This document shows, in pieces, positions 28,773-38,681 of a stretch of 64,000 nucleotides of DNA. Numbering within the stretch: the stretch's first letter is position 1; each line of letters opens with the position of its first letter. The stretch covers positions 18,519 through 82,518 of the forward strand of contig JAFTJZ010000091.1 in the NCBI GenBank assembly GCA_017456145.1, in the 5' to 3' direction. Under the pieces are notes generated by a model. The model saw nothing but the letters and a program-made list of their open reading frames with translations. It made no database searches and was not told where the DNA came from. Made by a program: the position numbers and the translations under genes. The DNA is from Clostridia bacterium (GTDB lineage Bacteria > Bacillota > Clostridia > Oscillospirales > CAG-272).

Positions 28773-29585
28773 TTACGCCGTCGGCTTTTTGGCGCGAGCG
28801 GCAATGTACCAGCGCGGCGTATCCTCCGTCGGTGTGCCGAAGTCGTAGTCGCTCCACACCCCGAGCAGCTCAAAGCCACACGCCTCCAGCAGTGACAGCA
28901 GCGTCTGACGGCTGTAGCAGCGTTCCCTTTGATGCTCGTCCGAACGGATATAACTGCCGTCGGGCATCTCCTCAAAGAGCGAGAGATCAAATTCACAAAT
29001 GCCGCTCTCCTCGTCGTAGCTGTTCTGCCAACCGCAAAAGACCGCACGGGGCTTATCGTCTTGCCCATCCGGCGCAATCTCATCCTCCAGAATGTACGCG
29101 CAATCGCCATAGATATGCTTGAATTTATACGGCGTATTCACGTCAAACAAAAACAACCCGTCGGGGTCAAGATAATTATGAACGCCGGCAAAGCAGCGTT
29201 TCACATCCTCTTCCGTCAAAAGATAATTGACACTGTCAAGGCAGCAGGTCACCGCTCCGACCGTACCATAAAGCTCAAAGGTGCGCATATCCTGCAAAAG
29301 GAACAAAATCCGCGCGGCCTCCGCCTCGTTTCCGGCGCGATCCCGTGCAACCGTGAGCATATCCACACTGCCGTCCACGCCGATCATATCATAACCGCGG
29401 CGGGCAAGCTCCAGCGTCATGCTGCCCGTTCCGCAAGCGAGATCCAACACCATTTCGGGGCGCGCGACAAGGAAACGCGCAAAGCAACGCTCCACAAAGT
29501 CAGCCCACGCCCCGTAATCGATCTCGGCGTTCAGACGGTCGTAGACGCCCGCGATGGCATCATAACCGTCACATCCCTGCATCAT
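28773..29585 (-). CDS. Class I SAM-dependent methyltransferase
   Basis: [27 protein letters not shown]. Confidence 0.9.
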   Translation of the reverse strand: MMQGCDGYDAIAGVYDRLNAEIDYGAWADFVERCFARFLVARPEMVLDLACGTGSMTLELARRGYDMIGVDGSVDMLTVARDRAGNEAEAARILFLLQDMRTFELYGTVGAVTCCLDSVNYLLTEEDVKRCFAGVHNYLDPDGLFLFDVNTPYKFKHIYGDCAYILEDEIAPDGQDDKPRAVFCGWQNSYDEESGICEFDLSLFEEMPDGSYIRSDEHQRERCYSRQTLLSLLEACGFELLGVWSDYDFGTPTEDTPRWYIAARAKKPTA

Positions 29586-29887
29586 CTTCCGCGTCGCTCC
29601 GCCTTTTCCAGACGCTCCAGAACGCTGATGTAGCCCTCGGTTCCATACTTCAGGCACCGATTCACACGGCTGATGGTCGACGTGCTGAGGCCTGTGCGGG
29701 CGGCGATCTCGGTATAGATGAAATCATCCTTGAGCAGCTTTGCTGCCTGCATACGGCGGGACATCTCCTGCAATTCAGATACAGTGCAAAGATCCTCAAA
29801 GAAGTGGTAACATTCCTCAACACTGCTCAACGTCAGAATTCCCTTGAATAAAAAGTCCAGATTCTCATCACGTGAAATTGATTTCAT
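29582..29887 (-). CDS. YerC/YecD family TrpR-related protein
   Basis: ECYHFFEDLCT, TGLSTSTISRVNRCLKYG. Confidence 0.9.
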   Translation of the reverse strand: MKSISRDENLDFLFKGILTLSSVEECYHFFEDLCTVSELQEMSRRMQAAKLLKDDFIYTEIAARTGLSTSTISRVNRCLKYGTEGYISVLERLEKAERRGR

Positions 29888-30123
29888 ACGTCATTCTTCC
29901 TTTCGATTATAGTGGGCAGTGGTCTCCCGCCTATATTTTACCACTTTTCTTTGTTAAAGTAAATAGATTTTTCGTAAATTTATCATCTTTTTTACAAATT
30001 TTTTGTCAAAACCGTCTTTCGCATAAAAAATGTGTTGACTTTCCACCAAAAATAGGATATAATGGTAGAGACAGATCGGCATGTTACGCCGATGATTTCA
30101 CACGACAAAGGAGTAAACAAATT

Positions 30124-31101
30124 ATGGTTCGTTTGGGTGTAGACCTTGGCGGCACAAATATTGCCGTCGGTATCGTAAATGAGGAATTCAAAATCATTGA
30201 TAAAGACAGCGTTCCCACCGGCGCTACCCGCCCTGCAGAGGAGATCGTCGCCGACATTGCCGCGCTGTGCAAAAAGGTGGTAGCCAATGCGGGCATGAGC
30301 CTGTCCGATGTTGCTGCGATCGGCATAGCCGCTCCCGGTTCCGTAGACAGTGCAGCAGGCACCGTTGAATATGCGAACAACCTTCCCTTCCGTCACTTCC
30401 CCATCACCGCACTGCTGCGCGAATATATGGGGCTGGATATTCCCGTCTACGTCGAGAACGACGCCAACGCTGCCGCATGGGGCGAGGCAATCGCAGGCGC
30501 AGCCAAGGGAACGAGTGATTCCGTTATGGTCACGCTTGGTACGGGCGTTGGTGGCGGTGTCATCATCGGCGGCAAGCTGTTCACCGGCTCCAACGGCGCA
30601 GGTGCAGAGCTGGGGCATATGGTTATCGTCAAGGGCGGTGCTGCTTGCTCCTGCGGACGCCGTGGCTGCTGGGAGGCCTATTCCTCTGCCACTGCTTTGA
30701 TCCGCATGACCAATGAAAAGCTTTCCGCCTGCGAGAGAGACAAGCGCGAGACAGAGATGACCGAGCTGGTACGCATCAAGGGTCGCACCACGGGCCGTAC
30801 CGCCTTTGACGGAATGCGTGCCAAGGATGCAGCCGCTACCGAGGTCGTCAAGGATTACATCGACCACCTGGCTTGCGGTATCGTCAACCTGATCAATATC
30901 TTCCAGCCTGAAATTCTGTCCATCGGCGGCGGCATTTCGGGCGAGGGGCAGGCGCTGATCGATATGCTGCAGCCCTACGTCGCGACAGAGAGTTACGGTG
31001 CGGAGACCGTTGATCCCGCAAAGACCACCAAGCTCTGCATTGCCAAGCTCGGCAACGACGCAGGCATCATCGGTGCCGCCGTCCTCGGGCTGGAGATTTA
31101 A
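30124..31101 (+). CDS. ROK family sugar kinase (glucokinase)
   Basis: GVDLGGTNI, ENDANAAA, TLGTGVGGG, ELGH, CSCGRRGCWE. Confidence 0.92.
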   Translation: MVRLGVDLGGTNIAVGIVNEEFKIIDKDSVPTGATRPAEEIVADIAALCKKVVANAGMSLSDVAAIGIAAPGSVDSAAGTVEYANNLPFRHFPITALLREYMGLDIPVYVENDANAAAWGEAIAGAAKGTSDSVMVTLGTGVGGGVIIGGKLFTGSNGAGAELGHMVIVKGGAACSCGRRGCWEAYSSATALIRMTNEKLSACERDKRETEMTELVRIKGRTTGRTAFDGMRAKDAAATEVVKDYIDHLACGIVNLINIFQPEILSIGGGISGEGQALIDMLQPYVATESYGAETVDPAKTTKLCIAKLGNDAGIIGAAVLGLEI

Positions 31102-31201
31102 CCGAATTTTAAGCGTTCAAGGACCGTGATCGGCATCATAGCTCCGATTGCGGGGGGCTGTCTTTCATCGGACAGCCCCTACATTTATAAAGGAGGCATT
31201 C

Positions 31202-32329
31202 ATGTCGGAACCGATCAAGCAAGGTGCGGCGCTGCACTCCATGGTAGAGCCGCTGCTGCAATGGTATGAGGATAACAAGCGCTCTCTGCCGTGGCGCGAC
31301 GATCCTACGCCTTATCACGTCTGGTTGTCGGAGATCATGCTACAGCAGACCCGCATTGAGGCAGTACTGCCATATTACGCCCGTTTTCTCGCCGCCTGTC
31401 CCTCCGTTGCAAACCTTGCCACCATTGACGACGAGGCCCTGATGAAACTCTGGCAGGGCTTGGGCTACTACAGCCGCGCTCGCAACCTCAAGCGGGCAGC
31501 ACAGCAGATTATGGAAAAATACGACGGCATCTTCCCCGCCGATTACAACGCTCTGCGGGCGCTCCCCGGGGTAGGACCTTACACAGCGGGTGCGATCGCC
31601 TCCATCGCCTTCGGACTCCCCGAGCCGGCGGTCGACGGCAACGTGCTGCGGGTGGTCATGCGCCTTTGCGGCGATCCGTCGGATATTATGGCAGAGAGCG
31701 TCAAGCGACAAATCACCGCCAAGCTGCGCACCATCTACCCAAAAAAGAAGGAACACGCCGCCGCACTGACACAGGCCATCATGGAGCTGGGACAGCGCGT
31801 CTGCATCCCCAACGGAGAGCCGCACTGTGAGAGCTGCCCGCTGGGGCTGCTTTGCGTCGCACGCGCCAACGGTCTGACCGACTCCATTCCTTACCGCGCA
31901 CCCAAAAAGCCGCGTCGTGTGCAGGCTCGCACCATACTCTTGCCATATTGCGCCGACACGGGAGCAGACGGGCGGCAGACTCTGCGCTTTGCGCTGCGCA
32001 AGCGCCCGCCTAAAGGGCTATTATCGGGGCTTTGGGAGTTTCCCGGGCTTGACGGCACTCTTGACCCTGCGCAGGTCTGTCGCGCGGCACAAGCGCTCTG
32101 TGGCATCTCAGAGGTACACAGCCTCACAACCGCTCCCACAGCTGTGCACATTTTCACGCACATCGAATGGCATATGACTGCATATCTTTTGCATTGCACG
32201 CCCTCCTCGGACGAGGGCGGACTGACGTGGGCATCTTTATCGCAGCTCCGTGACACTTACGCCGTCCCCAGTGCTTTTCGCGCTTATCTGCAATATCTGG
32301 AGCAGCGCTTTCCGCAAGGCGACGCCTAA
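31202..32329 (+). CDS. mutY: A/G-specific adenine glycosylase
   Basis: SEIMLQQT, WQGLGYYSRARNL, LPGVGPYTA, VDGNV, Fe-S cysteines, GLWEFP. Confidence 0.95.
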   Translation: MSEPIKQGAALHSMVEPLLQWYEDNKRSLPWRDDPTPYHVWLSEIMLQQTRIEAVLPYYARFLAACPSVANLATIDDEALMKLWQGLGYYSRARNLKRAAQQIMEKYDGIFPADYNALRALPGVGPYTAGAIASIAFGLPEPAVDGNVLRVVMRLCGDPSDIMAESVKRQITAKLRTIYPKKKEHAAALTQAIMELGQRVCIPNGEPHCESCPLGLLCVARANGLTDSIPYRAPKKPRRVQARTILLPYCADTGADGRQTLRFALRKRPPKGLLSGLWEFPGLDGTLDPAQVCRAAQALCGISEVHSLTTAPTAVHIFTHIEWHMTAYLLHCTPSSDEGGLTWASLSQLRDTYAVPSAFRAYLQYLEQRFPQGDA

Positions 32330-32456
32330 AGCGGACGACAGCAATAAAAAAAGCGGCGGATCAAGCAAAAAAAAATGCGTGTCCCCCTTTACATTGGTAA
32401 AAAAATGTGATATACTATTATGTATAAAATTTCGTTTCATTGAGGTACATCGACTT

Positions 32457-33470
32457 ATGTCTTCCACTTATACTCTCACCATTCCCGAGGGCTACCGCTC
32501 GGTTCTGACTCCTCGACAGACGCAAATCGCCATAAAAAAGGTCAAAGACTTCTTCCAGCAGAATCTTGCGGTTGAGCTTAATCTGACCCGCGTCAGCGCA
32601 CCCTTGTTTGTTGCATCGGACAGCGGTCTGAATGACAATCTCAATGGCACCGAGCGTCCCGTCAAATTTGATCTGCGCGGCGGCGAGGAGCTGGAGATCG
32701 TGCATTCTCTTGCCAAATGGAAGCGCATGGCGCTGGGCGATTATGACTTTGAGCTGCATGAGGGGCTTTACACCGACATGAACGCTATTCGCCGCGACGA
32801 GGATGTGGATAATCTCCACTCGATGTTCGTCGATCAATGGGATTGGGAAAAGATCATCACGAAAGAGGAGCGAAACGAACAGACCCTCAAGCAAGCGGTT
32901 CGCTACATTTATGAGGCGCTCAAGCACACCGAGACCTATATCGCAAACGACTACAATCTCGGCTCGCGTCTTTTACCCGAGGAGATCACCTTTGTGACGA
33001 CACAGGAGCTGGAGGATCGTTGGCCCGACGCGACGGCAAAGCAGCGTGAATACAATATCGTCAAGGAGCATGGAGCGGTATTTCTCATGCAGATCGGCGG
33101 GGCGCTGAAAAGCGGCAAGATCCACGATGGCCGCGCACCGGACTACGACGATTGGTCGCTCAACGGTGATATTCTGGTTTATTATCCCGTTTTGGACGTA
33201 GCACTGGAGCTGTCCTCGATGGGAATCCGTGTGGACGAGACCGCACTGATGCGGCAGCTGGAGATCCGTGGCTGCACCGAGCGCGTTTCCCTGCCCTTCC
33301 ACCGTGCCTTGCTCGACGGCGAGCTGCCCTACACCATGGGTGGCGGCATCGGGCAGTCACGTATGTGTATGTTCTTCTTACGCAAGGCGCACATCGGCGA
33401 GGTGCAGTCCTCCTACTGGCCCGAGCAAATGGTCAAGGAGTGCCGCGCGGCGGGCATTGATTTGTTGTAA
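32457..33470 (+). CDS. asnA: Aspartate--ammonia ligase
   Basis: HSLAKWKR, VDQWDWE, RAPDYDDW, GGGIGQSR. Confidence 0.97.
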   Translation: MSSTYTLTIPEGYRSVLTPRQTQIAIKKVKDFFQQNLAVELNLTRVSAPLFVASDSGLNDNLNGTERPVKFDLRGGEELEIVHSLAKWKRMALGDYDFELHEGLYTDMNAIRRDEDVDNLHSMFVDQWDWEKIITKEERNEQTLKQAVRYIYEALKHTETYIANDYNLGSRLLPEEITFVTTQELEDRWPDATAKQREYNIVKEHGAVFLMQIGGALKSGKIHDGRAPDYDDWSLNGDILVYYPVLDVALELSSMGIRVDETALMRQLEIRGCTERVSLPFHRALLDGELPYTMGGGIGQSRMCMFFLRKAHIGEVQSSYWPEQMVKECRAAGIDLL

Positions 33471-33482
33471 TGAGTGAGAAAT

Positions 33483-33539
33483 GCGAGGGAGACCTTTTTT
33501 GTAAAAAAGGTCTCCCTCGCGCTCCCTCTAAAAAACTTT
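33483..33539. repeat. REP-like left half element (copy F)
   Basis: GCGAGGGAGACCTTTTTT-GT-AAAAAAGGTCTCCCTCGC then CCCTCTAAAAAACTTT. Confidence 0.8.
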
Positions 33540-33635
33540 GGAGCATTGGGATGGATAAAATTTGTAGCGGCTCGATTCTTTTGAATCATTCTCGCGGGAG
33601 GCAAAATGCCTTCTTTATAGAGATACGCTGATCCG

Positions 33636-33662
33636 GTAGGGGTCGGCGCCTTCGACGACCCG
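33636..33662 (+). repeat. GTAG-family REP
   Basis: GTAG followed by GGGTCG...CGACCC hairpin. Confidence 0.6.
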
Positions 33663-33822
33663 TTAATCTAACCACCTGTTTTTGTGCCATCTTTTCTCAA
33701 CCGCCTCAACCAAACGTGGAATTCGTTCTCAAATGCGTTGCTTGCCAAGCAGCGCATTTTATGTTATAATAAAAGCACACAAGGCGCCGCTGTGAATACG
33801 CACGAAATGAGGAAAATTCAAA

Positions 33823-34815
33823 ATGATCAACCTTGGAAACAAGATCCGCGAGCTGCGGAAGAAAAAGGGCATCACGCAGGAGCAGCTGGCAAGTGCGCTG
33901 AACCTCTCCCCTCAGGCCATCTCCAAATGGGAAATGGGCGCCGGCTACCCCGATGTGGCCACGCTGCCCGTCCTTGCGGGGTACTTTGGCGTGAGTCTGG
34001 ATGCTATGTTTGATTATGATCCTGAAAAAGTAGAAGAAAAAATTCGAAACATTCTTATCAAATCTCGTGTAGAGGCGCGCAACTTTGAGGACTCTGTCAG
34101 GATCTTACGCGAAGGTATTGCCGCATATCCCGGTGGCTATATTTTGAAAAGAGAGCTGTTAGAGTGTTTTGCGGGTCACCTGAAAGACACGGGCACGGAT
34201 TACACGGAAGAAGCACTGGACATTGCCAAGCAACTGATTGTAGAATGTCAAGATACCTTTATCACATTGGGCGCAAAAGGTGATATGGCAGGAATCTATA
34301 TTCAATCCGGTCAATACGATAAAGGCAAAGAAATCATCGAATCCATGTCGTATGTCTATAATATCGACATTCAAGACAGAATGCGTTGTGCAGCATCCAT
34401 GCTGAAAGGCACCGACCGTCTGCCGTATGCGCAGGAATTAAAGATTTGGGAAACGCAGGATCTGTGGATGGCTTGCGATGCGGAAGGCGACGGATATTGG
34501 GAGATCGGCGATTATGAAAACGCACTGCTTTCCTTTCAAGAAGCCGCAGACGTCAACGAACGGTTCTGTCAGCGCAAGCCACGGGAAGGACTGTATCCTC
34601 TGTGTGGCAGGGTGAGCCAGGGGGTATTCACCGTCAAAATGGCGGCTTGCCTGTACAAATTGGGCAGACTGGAGGAATGCGACGCCGCTCTTGACAAAGC
34701 ACTTCAACTCTTGAAGGATCACGTCCGCAAAGATATTCGCCCCGACTTCTATCTCGACTTTTTCCGCGAGCCATACCACAAATACGGACTTGATGAATAT
34801 AAGCCGTGCCCATAA
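33823..34815 (+). CDS. XRE HTH regulator with TPR-like C-terminus
   Basis: GITQEQLASALNLSPQAISKWE; helical repeats GDYENALLSF, GRLEECDAAL. Confidence 0.85.
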   Translation: MINLGNKIRELRKKKGITQEQLASALNLSPQAISKWEMGAGYPDVATLPVLAGYFGVSLDAMFDYDPEKVEEKIRNILIKSRVEARNFEDSVRILREGIAAYPGGYILKRELLECFAGHLKDTGTDYTEEALDIAKQLIVECQDTFITLGAKGDMAGIYIQSGQYDKGKEIIESMSYVYNIDIQDRMRCAASMLKGTDRLPYAQELKIWETQDLWMACDAEGDGYWEIGDYENALLSFQEAADVNERFCQRKPREGLYPLCGRVSQGVFTVKMAACLYKLGRLEECDAALDKALQLLKDHVRKDIRPDFYLDFFREPYHKYGLDEYKPCP

Positions 34816-34826
34816 TTCCCTTTTTC

Positions 34827-34884
34827 AAAGTTTTTTGGAAAGGGGTGCGGGGGAAACCTTTTGTCCACAAAAGGTTTCCCCCGC
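34827..34884. repeat. REP-like right half element (copy G)
   Basis: AAAGTTTTTTGGAAAGGGGT + GCGGGGGAAACCTTTTGT-CC-ACAAAAGGTTTCCCCCGC. Confidence 0.8.
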
Positions 34885-34905
34885 TTTCTATTTACTTCTT
34901 ACTTC

Positions 34906-35517
34906 TCACTTCTCAGGATCAAGATACTTCCAGCAGCCGACGATATAGTTGACACCGGACCAGACGGTGAAAATGATGGCGGCGACCGTGGTGATATAGG
35001 TCAACGGATAGACATTCGCCAGCACGAAATCGGGCACGGCACGACCGATCAGATCATACGCCACAGGCTCGACCAGCGCTAAAATAATGCAGATCATCTG
35101 GGTGACCGTTTTGATCTTGCCAAGCATATTGGCAGCCACCACCACGTTTGCCTTGGTCGATGCGATCAAACGGATGGACGCCACGGCAAGCTCGCGGAAA
35201 ATGGTCACGATCAGCATCACCATGTAGATCCAGAACATGACGTCGTTGCCGACACGGTAACGGCAAACGATGCCAAAAATCGCAGCGATGACCATAAATT
35301 TGTCTGCCAAGGGATCCAGGAACTTGCCAAAGTCGGTGATCAGATTGTCACGGCGAGCGATCTTACCGTCAAAATAGTCGGTGATCGACGCACCCGAGAA
35401 GACGATCAGCGCGATAATGTTGTTGAGAACGGAATACGGCAGCAGCATGACCACAAGGATCACAGGCACCAAGATCAGGCGCAGCACCGTCAGCTTGTTG
35501 GGAAGATTCATTTTCAT
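34906..35517 (-). CDS. pgsA: CDP-diacylglycerol--glycerol-3-phosphate 3-phosphatidyltransferase
   Basis: NLPNKLT, DYFDGKIARR, FGKFLDPLADK, GKIKT. Confidence 0.95.
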   Translation of the reverse strand: MKMNLPNKLTVLRLILVPVILVVMLLPYSVLNNIIALIVFSGASITDYFDGKIARRDNLITDFGKFLDPLADKFMVIAAIFGIVCRYRVGNDVMFWIYMVMLIVTIFRELAVASIRLIASTKANVVVAANMLGKIKTVTQMICIILALVEPVAYDLIGRAVPDFVLANVYPLTYITTVAAIIFTVWSGVNYIVGCWKYLDPEK

Positions 35518-35529
35518 GGTTCAAATACC

Positions 35530-36891
35530 TCACTTTTCTTTATGTTCCACGCTTGCGGCAACCGCAAAGCCATACAGATCGTAATCCACCACCTCGCGCA
35601 CCTTGACGTCAAGGAAGGAGCCGGGCGCGATGCGCGCGTCACTGCGGAAGTAGACCTTGCCGTCGATCTCAGGCGCGTCCGCTGCGCTGCGACCGAAATG
35701 TGCCTCGCTGACGGGATCGTAATCCTCGCACAGAACGCGTACGGTCGAGCCGACCTTTTCTTCGTTCTGCTGCTCGTTGATATGCATCTGCATCTTCATC
35801 AGGATGTCCATGCGATCCTGCTTGATCTGCTCGTCGATCTGCCCCTCAAACGTCGCAGCGGGCGTTCCCTCCTCGGGTGAGTAGGTGAATACGCCCATGT
35901 GCTCAAAGCGCGTCTCCTTGACAAATTCACAAAGCTCCTCAAAATCCTCCTGCGTCTCGCCGGGGAACCCGACAATGAACGTCGTGCGGATGACAATGCC
36001 CGGGATCTCGCGGCGCAGCTTAGCCACCACCTCCCGTATCATGGCACTGTCGCCGTGGCGGTTCATAGCGCGCAGCATATGGTCGGAGATGTGCTGCAGC
36101 GGCAGGTCGATGTACTTGAGAATACGATCGTTGTCGCGGATCTCGGCGATCAGCTCATCGGTCACCTTGTCGGGATAACAGTAGAGCAACCGGATCCACG
36201 GAATCTGCGTTTCTTCGGTAATCCGATGCAGCAGCTCTGAGAGCGAATATTTTCCGTACAGATCAAGCCCGTAGCGGGTAATGTCCTGCGCCACAACGGT
36301 CAGCTCCCGTACGCCAAGGCTGTCAAGATTCTTTGCCTCCTTGATGATATCCTCCATCGGACGGCTGCGGAATTTACCGCGGATAGACGGAATGGCACAG
36401 TAGGCACAGCGGTTATCACACCCCTCGGCGATCTTGATGTAGGCGGCGTATTCGGGCGTGGTCAGCACGCGGTCTCCGCCCAGACGGACACAATCCTTGT
36501 CCTCAAATGAGGTGTATTTTTCGCGCTTTTTGCCCTTGCCGCGCATGACGGTCTCAATGGCCTCCACGATGTTGTGGATCGAGCCGACGCCAAGCACCGC
36601 ATCAACCTCGGGCAGCTCACGCAGAACCTCGTCGCGATAACGCTCGGCAAGGCAGCCCGTAACGATAATTGCCTTGAGATGACCGTGCTTTTTGAGCCAC
36701 GCGATATCTAAAATATTGTCAATTGCCTCTTTTTTCGCGCTCTCGATGAAGGCACAGGTGTTAATGATGACCACATCCGCCTCGGTCTCCTCGGGGGTGA
36801 TCTCATAGCCCGCCTGCAGCACCTCATGCAGCATGACCTCCGTGTCCAGCTGATTCTTGGAGCAGCCGAGCGAAACAAATCCAACTTTCAT
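35530..36891 (-). CDS. rimO: Ribosomal protein S12 methylthiotransferase
   Basis: SLGCSKN, INTCAFI, KIAEGCDNRCAYC, APEIDG (TRAM). Confidence 0.95.
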   Translation of the reverse strand: MKVGFVSLGCSKNQLDTEVMLHEVLQAGYEITPEETEADVVIINTCAFIESAKKEAIDNILDIAWLKKHGHLKAIIVTGCLAERYRDEVLRELPEVDAVLGVGSIHNIVEAIETVMRGKGKKREKYTSFEDKDCVRLGGDRVLTTPEYAAYIKIAEGCDNRCAYCAIPSIRGKFRSRPMEDIIKEAKNLDSLGVRELTVVAQDITRYGLDLYGKYSLSELLHRITEETQIPWIRLLYCYPDKVTDELIAEIRDNDRILKYIDLPLQHISDHMLRAMNRHGDSAMIREVVAKLRREIPGIVIRTTFIVGFPGETQEDFEELCEFVKETRFEHMGVFTYSPEEGTPAATFEGQIDEQIKQDRMDILMKMQMHINEQQNEEKVGSTVRVLCEDYDPVSEAHFGRSAADAPEIDGKVYFRSDARIAPGSFLDVKVREVVDYDLYGFAVAASVEHKEK

Positions 36892-37088
36892 ACCATAAAT
36901 CCTCTTTCGGGCGGTTCCCCGCCAAATATGTTTAACTATATAATGATAACACATATTCGCCAAAAAGTCAAGTAGAATATTTTGTTTTCACCTATTGACA
37001 ACTCTTATTTGGCTATGATATAATATATTGAGGAGATCTATCCCGTTAAGGGATCATATAAAGAACAAAACACAAGGAGGACAACGAC

Positions 37089-38021
37089 ATGACACGCAAA
37101 AGAACCATTCTCCTGTCTGCACTGATCGTCGGCGTACTTGCCATTGCCGTGATCTTTGTGACGATCGCCGATCACACCGCCCCAGGGACGACGGCTGACT
37201 TTTATCACACCTTCTCAACCGATAGCGCTGCTTTGCCCGATGTCATGCCGAGCGCTCCCACCGCATCCAATCCGTATGCCTCTCTGGGCGTCTCCGACGC
37301 TCTGTTTCAGGCTGCCACGGATGCTTGGTCGGTACACACACCACAGCCGATCACCGCAGACGACGGCTCTCAGATCACCTTGCCGTATCACTGTTACACC
37401 TATTCTTACGTCAAGTCCGACTCGCCACGCGTCTATACGCACGTTGTTTTGCTGGGAAGGTTGGCAAGATATCCCAACGAATATACCGAGCCTTTGTACC
37501 ATCAGCTCAACGGCCGAGACTACAAGACGATCCCTGCAATGTACAAGCTGGAGCTGTACCGCACACCGCAAGTCGTGATCTACGATCCGACGGATGGGAC
37601 GTATACACTCGATGAGAGCGATAAGCCCGCGGCGCACGTCAAGATTTCATCCTTTGAACTGCACAAAGACAGCGAGAGGGTTGCGCACGTCTTATCTGAT
37701 TTCAGCGTGACCTACAAGGCCTCTCCCGACGGTCTCTTTGGAAAAGCATCTCTGACGAATATGCAGCTGCAGCCGCTGAACCCGACCAACTACGCACTGC
37801 TTACTCCCGTTGACGCCAATGAATACGGCATAAAAACGACGGATGCTACGGCTCTGTTCGACAAAGAGGTCGGCGGCGTCGGTGTCAGCCTTGACGGGGT
37901 GCTTTGTGAGCAGGGGCAGAATCTTTCCATGCATGTGACTTTTGCTGCGCCCGCCGATTCGCCCAACGAGCAGTTGATTTCGCTTGCGGGCAGCTACACC
38001 GTCACACTGACATTGCCATGA
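37089..38021 (+). CDS. Hypothetical membrane-anchored/secreted protein
   Basis: AAGGAGG RBS, own TTGACA/TATAAT promoter (36995-37024), N-terminal TM helix. Confidence 0.75.
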   Translation: MTRKRTILLSALIVGVLAIAVIFVTIADHTAPGTTADFYHTFSTDSAALPDVMPSAPTASNPYASLGVSDALFQAATDAWSVHTPQPITADDGSQITLPYHCYTYSYVKSDSPRVYTHVVLLGRLARYPNEYTEPLYHQLNGRDYKTIPAMYKLELYRTPQVVIYDPTDGTYTLDESDKPAAHVKISSFELHKDSERVAHVLSDFSVTYKASPDGLFGKASLTNMQLQPLNPTNYALLTPVDANEYGIKTTDATALFDKEVGGVGVSLDGVLCEQGQNLSMHVTFAAPADSPNEQLISLAGSYTVTLTLP

Positions 38022-38279
38022 GCATCAACCATCGGTTGACAACAAAATCTTGACAACGCCGCGATTTTGTGGTACAATAAAGGCGTAAGGCAAGGACGAC
38101 TGCAGCGCCTGCGTCTTGCAACACAATTTTACGAAAGGAGGCGAGGAATATCATGTGGATTCACACAACCGTATCTCTCGCCGTCAGCATCCGCTGAAAT
38201 AAGCGAGAGATGTGAGGGGGGCGCGCTCCGGCGAGCCTCCCTTGCTATACCGATCATGCTTATCAACGGAGGAAAACAT

Positions 38280-38495
38280 TTGAACATACCGCTTGGAGAA
38301 AACATTCGCCGTCTTCGCCAAGAGAACGACATGACGCAGCGTGCGCTTGCTCACCATCTTCGTGTCAGCGTACAAGCCGTTTCCAAATGGGAAACGGGAC
38401 TCTCTTATCCCGACGTTGCGCTGCTTTTGAATATTGCCGACTTTTTCGCAATTTCATTGGATGCGCTGTTCGGGAGAGAAGAAAGAAATTTATAA
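38280..38495 (+). CDS. Small XRE HTH protein (TTG start)
   Basis: GGAGG RBS; LGENIRRLR..TQRALAHHLRVSVQAVSKWETG. Confidence 0.8.
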   Translation: MNIPLGENIRRLRQENDMTQRALAHHLRVSVQAVSKWETGLSYPDVALLLNIADFFAISLDALFGREERNL

Positions 38496-38500
38496 TATTT

Positions 38501-38669
38501 GCGAGGAGGGAAAATTCTTGAAAGAATTTTCCCTCCCCGCGCCCCTCCTTTCAAGAACTTGAACAAAAAAGGATAGGATGTCATGGTAACGAATACATCC
38601 TATTCCTTTTTCCAAAAGTTTTTTGAAGGGGGTGCGGGGGAAACTTTTGTACACAAAAGTTTCCCCCGC
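38501..38669. repeat. REPIN-like doublet, copy H (no insert)
   Basis: Two terminal hairpins, TTCAAGAACTT/AAGTTTTTTGAA arms, inner ATAGGATG..CATCCTAT dyad. Confidence 0.9.
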
Positions 38670-38681
38670 ATATTTCATTCA

